Below are positions 28,286 to 32,000 of a stretch of 32,000 bases of DNA, in pieces. Source of the stretch: Halotalea alkalilenta DSM 17697. GTDB lineage: Bacteria; Pseudomonadota; Gammaproteobacteria; Pseudomonadales; Halomonadaceae. The translations under genes and the position numbers were made by a program. A model generated the notes under the pieces. That model was not told the origin of the DNA and did no database searches. It worked only from the letters and a program-made list of their open reading frames with translations. Each line of letters starts with the position of its first letter. Within the stretch, counting starts at the first letter, position 1. The stretch covers positions 106,719 through 138,718 of the forward strand of contig NZ_JHYY01000021.1 of NCBI RefSeq assembly GCF_000621205.1. The letters are read 5' to 3'.

Positions 28286-29470
28286 ATGGAATTCTTCGAT
28301 CGCGGCGGCCGTCTGATCGGCTATCGCTTGCTCGGCCCCGAGGCCGCACCGCTGGTAGTGCTCGCCCATCCACTAGGAATGTCTCAATCGGTGTGGGACG
28401 GCGTGCTGCCGGCGCTGCTCAAGCGCCATCGGGTGCTGACCTGGGACCTGCCCGGCCACGGCGCCAGCGCTCCCTGTGATGGGCCCTTGACGCTCGACGC
28501 ACTGGTCGAGGACCTGCTGGCGCTGGTCGCACTCGCCGGTAGCGAACGTTTCGACTTCGTCGGCACCTCGATCGGCGGTGTGATCGGCCAGGCGCTGCTG
28601 CGCGACCATCGCGCGCGACTGAATCAGGTGGTGCTGACCAACACCGGCGCAAGGATCGGCACGCCCGAACATTGGGCCGCCCGCGCCGAGCGGGTGCTGG
28701 AAGAGGGGCTTTCGACGCTCGCCCCCGAGCTCGCACCGCGCTGGTTCTCGCCGGTCAGCCGCGAGCGCGCCGGGCTGGTCGAGGGCTGGACGCAGGGGCT
28801 CGCTCGCACTGACGATCGAAGCTATGCCCGGCTCTGCGCGGTACTGGCCGGGTTCGAAGGCCCCGAATTGGATGCCGATGCCGCACGCGGGGTGCACCTG
28901 CTCGGCGGCGCGGACGATCTGTCGACGCCGCCGCAGACGCTCGAGTCACTGGCCGCGAAGCTTGCCGATGCACCGCTCGAGATCCTCGAGCACGTCGGCC
29001 ATGTGCCTTCGGTCGAGGCGCCGGACGTACTCGCCGCTCGTCTCGATGCATGGCTTGCGCCCGCGCGTGAAGGGCTGGGCATGCATGGGGTCGACTTCGA
29101 TACCGGGATAGAAATCCGCAAGCGGGTGCTCGGCACCGAGCACGTCGAGCGCTCACTGGAGCGCGCCACCCCCCTGGATGCACCGTTCCAGCAGCTGATC
29201 ACCCGCTTCGCCTGGGGCGAGCTGTGGGGAGACCCGACCCTGTCGGTGACCCAGCGCAGCCACATCACTCTCGCGATCCTCGCTGCGCTGGGCCGTGATG
29301 GCGAGCTCGCACTGCACCTGCGCACCGCCCGCCGCACCGGCGTCAGCGAAGCGGAGCTGCGCCAGGTGATGATGCACGTTGCCACCTACGCCGGTGTCCC
29401 GGCCGCCAACCATGCGCTTGCGATGGCGCGCCAGCATGGCTGGGGCGACAGGCCCACGGCGCTCGAATGA
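28286..29470 (+). CDS. pcaL: Fused 3-oxoadipate enol-lactonase / 4-carboxymuconolactone decarboxylase (PcaD-PcaC fusion, PcaL-type)
   Basis: The N-terminal roughly 260 aa form an alpha/beta-hydrolase domain with the nucleophile elbow GTSIGG. The C-terminal roughly 125 aa form a carboxymuconolactone-decarboxylase domain (FAWGELWGDPTLSVTQRSHITLAILAALGR ... HVATYAGVPAA). Both lie in one uninterrupted reading frame. Confidence 0.85.
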   Translation: MEFFDRGGRLIGYRLLGPEAAPLVVLAHPLGMSQSVWDGVLPALLKRHRVLTWDLPGHGASAPCDGPLTLDALVEDLLALVALAGSERFDFVGTSIGGVIGQALLRDHRARLNQVVLTNTGARIGTPEHWAARAERVLEEGLSTLAPELAPRWFSPVSRERAGLVEGWTQGLARTDDRSYARLCAVLAGFEGPELDADAARGVHLLGGADDLSTPPQTLESLAAKLADAPLEILEHVGHVPSVEAPDVLAARLDAWLAPAREGLGMHGVDFDTGIEIRKRVLGTEHVERSLERATPLDAPFQQLITRFAWGELWGDPTLSVTQRSHITLAILAALGRDGELALHLRTARRTGVSEAELRQVMMHVATYAGVPAANHALAMARQHGWGDRPTALE

Positions 29471-29525
29471 GCGACCACTGACTTTCGAAGCGCCGCCGTG
29501 AGCGGCACGAAGGAGGACATATAGA

Positions 29526-30311
29526 ATGACGATCGACCTCGGCCGCCACGGCATACGTGAATCGGACGATCCGACGATCCCTGGCGACTACGTCTCGCCG
29601 GTGACCGGCTATGAGACCAACTCGCTGATCGAGAATCCTGCCAACCTGCACCAGCCGCCGATGGTGTTCGATCCCTACCAGTCGACCCGGCTGCGCGGCC
29701 CGCGCAACAAGCTGGTGCCAGTCGCATCGAGCCGTACCGAGCGGACCGCGCCGGTCTATGGCTTCCACAACATCGGACGGATGGACAACGACCTGACGAT
29801 CCAGCACGACGGCCAGCCGCTGGGCGAAAAGATCGTGATCGTAGGCCAAGTCCGCAACGACGCGGGGCAGCCACTGCCCAACACGCTGATCGAGATCTGG
29901 CAGGCCAACGCCTCGGGGCGCTACATCCACAAGAAGGACCAGCACCCCGCGCCGCTCGACCCTAACTTCACCGGCGCCGGACGCACCTTCACCGATGAAA
30001 ACGGCTATTACAAGTTCATCACCATTCGCCCGGGGCCTTATCCCTGGGGCAATCACCATGATGCCTGGCGCCCGGCGCACATCCACTTTTCGCTGCTCGG
30101 CCGCGCCTTCCACCAGCGGTTGGTCACCCAGATGTACTTTCCCGGAGACCAGCTGCTCGAGATCGATCCGATCTACATGGCCAACCCCAGCGCTCGCGCC
30201 CGCGACCTGCTGATCGCCCGCTTCGATCGCCGCTTCGACGTACCGGGCATCGCACTTGGCTATCGTTTCGACATCGTGATCGGCTCGCCGCGCGCGACCC
30301 CGTTCGAATAA
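29526..30311 (+). CDS. pcaH: Protocatechuate 3,4-dioxygenase beta subunit
   Basis: Intradiol dioxygenase motifs are present (IEIWQANASGRY, WRPAHIHFS). An AGGAGG ribosome-binding site lies upstream. Confidence 0.93.
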   Translation: MTIDLGRHGIRESDDPTIPGDYVSPVTGYETNSLIENPANLHQPPMVFDPYQSTRLRGPRNKLVPVASSRTERTAPVYGFHNIGRMDNDLTIQHDGQPLGEKIVIVGQVRNDAGQPLPNTLIEIWQANASGRYIHKKDQHPAPLDPNFTGAGRTFTDENGYYKFITIRPGPYPWGNHHDAWRPAHIHFSLLGRAFHQRLVTQMYFPGDQLLEIDPIYMANPSARARDLLIARFDRRFDVPGIALGYRFDIVIGSPRATPFE

Positions 30312-30329
30312 CGCAAGGAGATTCGACCG

Positions 30330-30914
30330 ATGACCACCACCCCACGAGCGATGCGCGAGATGGAGACCTCGCGGCTGCCGAGCGGCAGCCAAACAGTCGG
30401 CCCCTTCTTTCACTACGGACTGCTCGAGAACGGTGACGTACCCTTGATCCGCGGCACCGATGCGCCAGCCGGGCAACGGATACGGATCGAGGGCCGGGTG
30501 TTCGACGGCGCGGGCGATCCGGTCAACGATGCGCTGCTCGAGATCTGGCAAGCCGACGGCTTCGGACAGTTCAATACCGAGTGCGCGGAGGCGTCGTTCG
30601 ACGGCTTCGGACGGCTGCACTCACGCGAGGATGGCAGCTTCGTGATCGACACGGTGCTGCCGGGCCGGGTCGACGGTCAGGCTTCGCACCTGAATCTGCA
30701 CCTGTTCTCGCGCGGGCTGTTGAACCATCTGTTCACCCGCATCTACTTCGAGGGCGAACCCGGGCTCGACAGCGACCCCATGCTCACCGAAGTGCCCGAG
30801 GCTCGTCGCCGCACGCTGATCGCACGCCGCGACGGCAGCAGCGACGGCCTCGACCGCTACCGTTTCGACTTGCACATGCAGGGCAGCGAAGAGACGGTGT
30901 TCTTCGCTCTCTGA
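30330..30914 (+). CDS. pcaG: Protocatechuate 3,4-dioxygenase alpha subunit
   Basis: 194-aa ORF with the motifs QTVGPFF and LEIWQADG. It immediately follows pcaH. Confidence 0.9.
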   Translation: MTTTPRAMREMETSRLPSGSQTVGPFFHYGLLENGDVPLIRGTDAPAGQRIRIEGRVFDGAGDPVNDALLEIWQADGFGQFNTECAEASFDGFGRLHSREDGSFVIDTVLPGRVDGQASHLNLHLFSRGLLNHLFTRIYFEGEPGLDSDPMLTEVPEARRRTLIARRDGSSDGLDRYRFDLHMQGSEETVFFAL

Positions 30915-30920
30915 GCCCCA

Positions 30921-30943
30921 GGCGCCGGGCCGTGCCCGGCGCC
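30921..30943 (+). terminator. Candidate terminator hairpin after pcaG
   Basis: GGCGCCGGGC pairs with GCCCGGCGCC in a perfect 10-bp stem with a CGT loop, 7 nt after the stop codon. There is no U-tract. Confidence 0.5.
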
Positions 30944-31099
30944 GGCCTCCCCTCATCCGCGGGAATTCGCGCATGCAGCCCGGTCTGGTCGCCATCGGCA
31001 TCGTCGCTCCGGCAGCCGGTGAGCGGCGATGCTGCACAGCCCGAAAGCCTGTTAGGATTTCGCTGAATCATCCACGTCATCCACCACGAGCGAGCCAAG

Positions 31100-31519
31100 A
31101 TGAGAATCCTCCTGCTCCACGGCCCCAACCTCGACCTGCTCGGCAAGCGCCAGCCCGAGATCTATGGTCACGAGACCCTCCAGGACATCGAGAACAAGGT
31201 CCGTGGACATGCCTTCGGGCGGGCCGAGATCGAGTGCTACCAATCGAATCACGAGGGGGAGCTGATCGAGGCAATCCATCGCGCGCGCCAGGGCTGCGAT
31301 GCGGTCATCATCAATGCAGGCGCCTATACCCACACATCGGTGGCAATTCTCGACGCCTTGAATGCGTTCGACGGCAAGGTGGTCGAAGTTCATCTTTCCA
31401 ACGTGCATCGCCGTGAAGAGTTCCGACACCGCTCCTACATCGCCGGAAGAGCGGACGGGATCATCATCGGTCTCGGTTCCTACGGCTATCTCGCCGCGGT
31501 CGACTTCCTCACCCAGTAA
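31100..31519 (+). CDS. aroQ: Type II 3-dehydroquinate dehydratase
   Basis: 139-aa ORF beginning [23 protein letters not shown]. The motifs [12 protein letters not shown] and VEVHLSN are typical of AroQ. Confidence 0.93.
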   Translation: MRILLLHGPNLDLLGKRQPEIYGHETLQDIENKVRGHAFGRAEIECYQSNHEGELIEAIHRARQGCDAVIINAGAYTHTSVAILDALNAFDGKVVEVHLSNVHRREEFRHRSYIAGRADGIIIGLGSYGYLAAVDFLTQ

Positions 31520-31864
31520 GCCCCTTCCCCTCCATGCCGGCTCATACCACCCCGGGGAGCATCGCCCGGGCCTCGTAGGCCGCCGCTCGTCGCCCCCCGG
31601 CACACGGGGCGACGCGGCTGGCCGAGCATCGCCTCGCCCCGGCGTGCCGCGCTCGCTGGGCAGCGAGCTGCCCCCCCACGTCCCAAGCTCGGGAAAGGCC
31701 GCTCCAATCCTGCCAAACCCATGAATCAATCATAAAAAACAATAAGTTGCGCCACAGATCTCTACATCGATGGCACATTCTGGGGCATTTCTAAGACGTT
31801 GGTTGAAATGTAGGCGGCAGCGACTGCCTTTATGATCCAGGCCACGTTCGAGGTGAAAACATTT

Positions 31865-31879
31865 GTTCGCATAGCGTAA
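31865..31879 (+). promoter_or_regulatory. Candidate PcaR box 3 (upstream of the PcaK-like transporter)
   Basis: GTTCGCATAGCGTAA lies 55 bp upstream of the ATG at 31934, within an AT-rich promoter-like stretch. Confidence 0.45.
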
Positions 31880-31933
31880 ATATTACCTAGTGAGCGGAGC
31901 CGCACCCCGTCATCGAAGGATGAGGAGAGCCAC

Positions 31934-32000
31934 ATGCAGCGTTTCAAACAGGATGTCGAGACCTTCGTCGATGAGCGTCCGCTAGGCGGGTTCCAATGGC
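31934..32000 (+). CDS. MFS transporter, aromatic acid:H+ symporter family (PcaK-like), 5' fragment running off the window
   Basis: The first 22 codons read MQRFKQDVETFVDERPLGGFQW. This parallels the PcaK N-terminus (..DVQSFINQQPLSRYQW.., recalled from memory). A GAGGAG ribosome-binding site lies 6 nt upstream. Only 67 nt are visible. Confidence 0.6.
   Translation, partial: MQRFKQDVETFVDERPLGGFQW

Noticed and set aside
29343-30620. 425-aa (-) ORF, and the 225-aa (-) ORF at 31052-31729
   Set aside because: They are antisense to pcaL/pcaH/pcaG and to aroQ respectively, all of which are clearly genuine genes.
30955-30975. AATTCGCGCATGCAGCC in the pcaG-aroQ spacer as a fourth PcaR box
   Set aside because: It matches the GTTCGCAT box only if a 2-nt insertion and a first-base mismatch are allowed. 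That is too degenerate to call without a scoring matrix.

Overview
High-GC (roughly mid-60s % by eye) chromosomal segment of a gammaproteobacterium. Gene content and protein sequences look Halomonas/Oceanospirillales-like, but that taxon is my inference and is not verified. I call 31 protein-coding genes, one of them partial at the right edge. I see no rRNA or tRNA, no CRISPR array, and no transposase, integrase, phage or recognisable defence genes. Left to right the window contains: an outward-facing sigma-54/NtrC control region (probably for glnA outside the window); typA/bipA; two tandem divergent uppP paralogs; a minus-strand operon (PdxA-family dehydrogenase, tctC-tctB-tctA tripartite tricarboxylate transporter, COG4091-type NAD(P)/SAF-domain dehydrogenase) with a divergent GntR/FadR regulator; wrbA; ligB; a 1-Cys peroxiredoxin; a 97-aa orphan; an aldose-1-epimerase-family protein; gloA; an NlpC/P60 lipoprotein; a small NAD-type isocitrate dehydrogenase; an SMR efflux protein; a HAD hydrolase; a secreted amidohydrolase; a PBP5-type D-Ala-D-Ala carboxypeptidase; a complete protocatechuate / beta-ketoadipate cluster (pcaR, pcaB, a GctAB-type CoA-transferase pair, pcaF, fused pcaD-pcaC, pcaH, pcaG); aroQ; and the start of a PcaK-like MFS transporter. 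Most long overlapping ORFs in the supplied track are antisense or alternative-frame artefacts of the high GC content. I did not find a convincing wholly new system: nothing here looks like a defence, toxin or mobile element. The most interesting items are (1) the functionally unassigned TTT / PdxA-family / SAF-dehydrogenase locus, (2) a GTTCGCAT box present in all three pca promoter regions, (3) the non-canonical composition of the pca operon, and (4) a very strong hairpin that buries the ligB ribosome-binding site.
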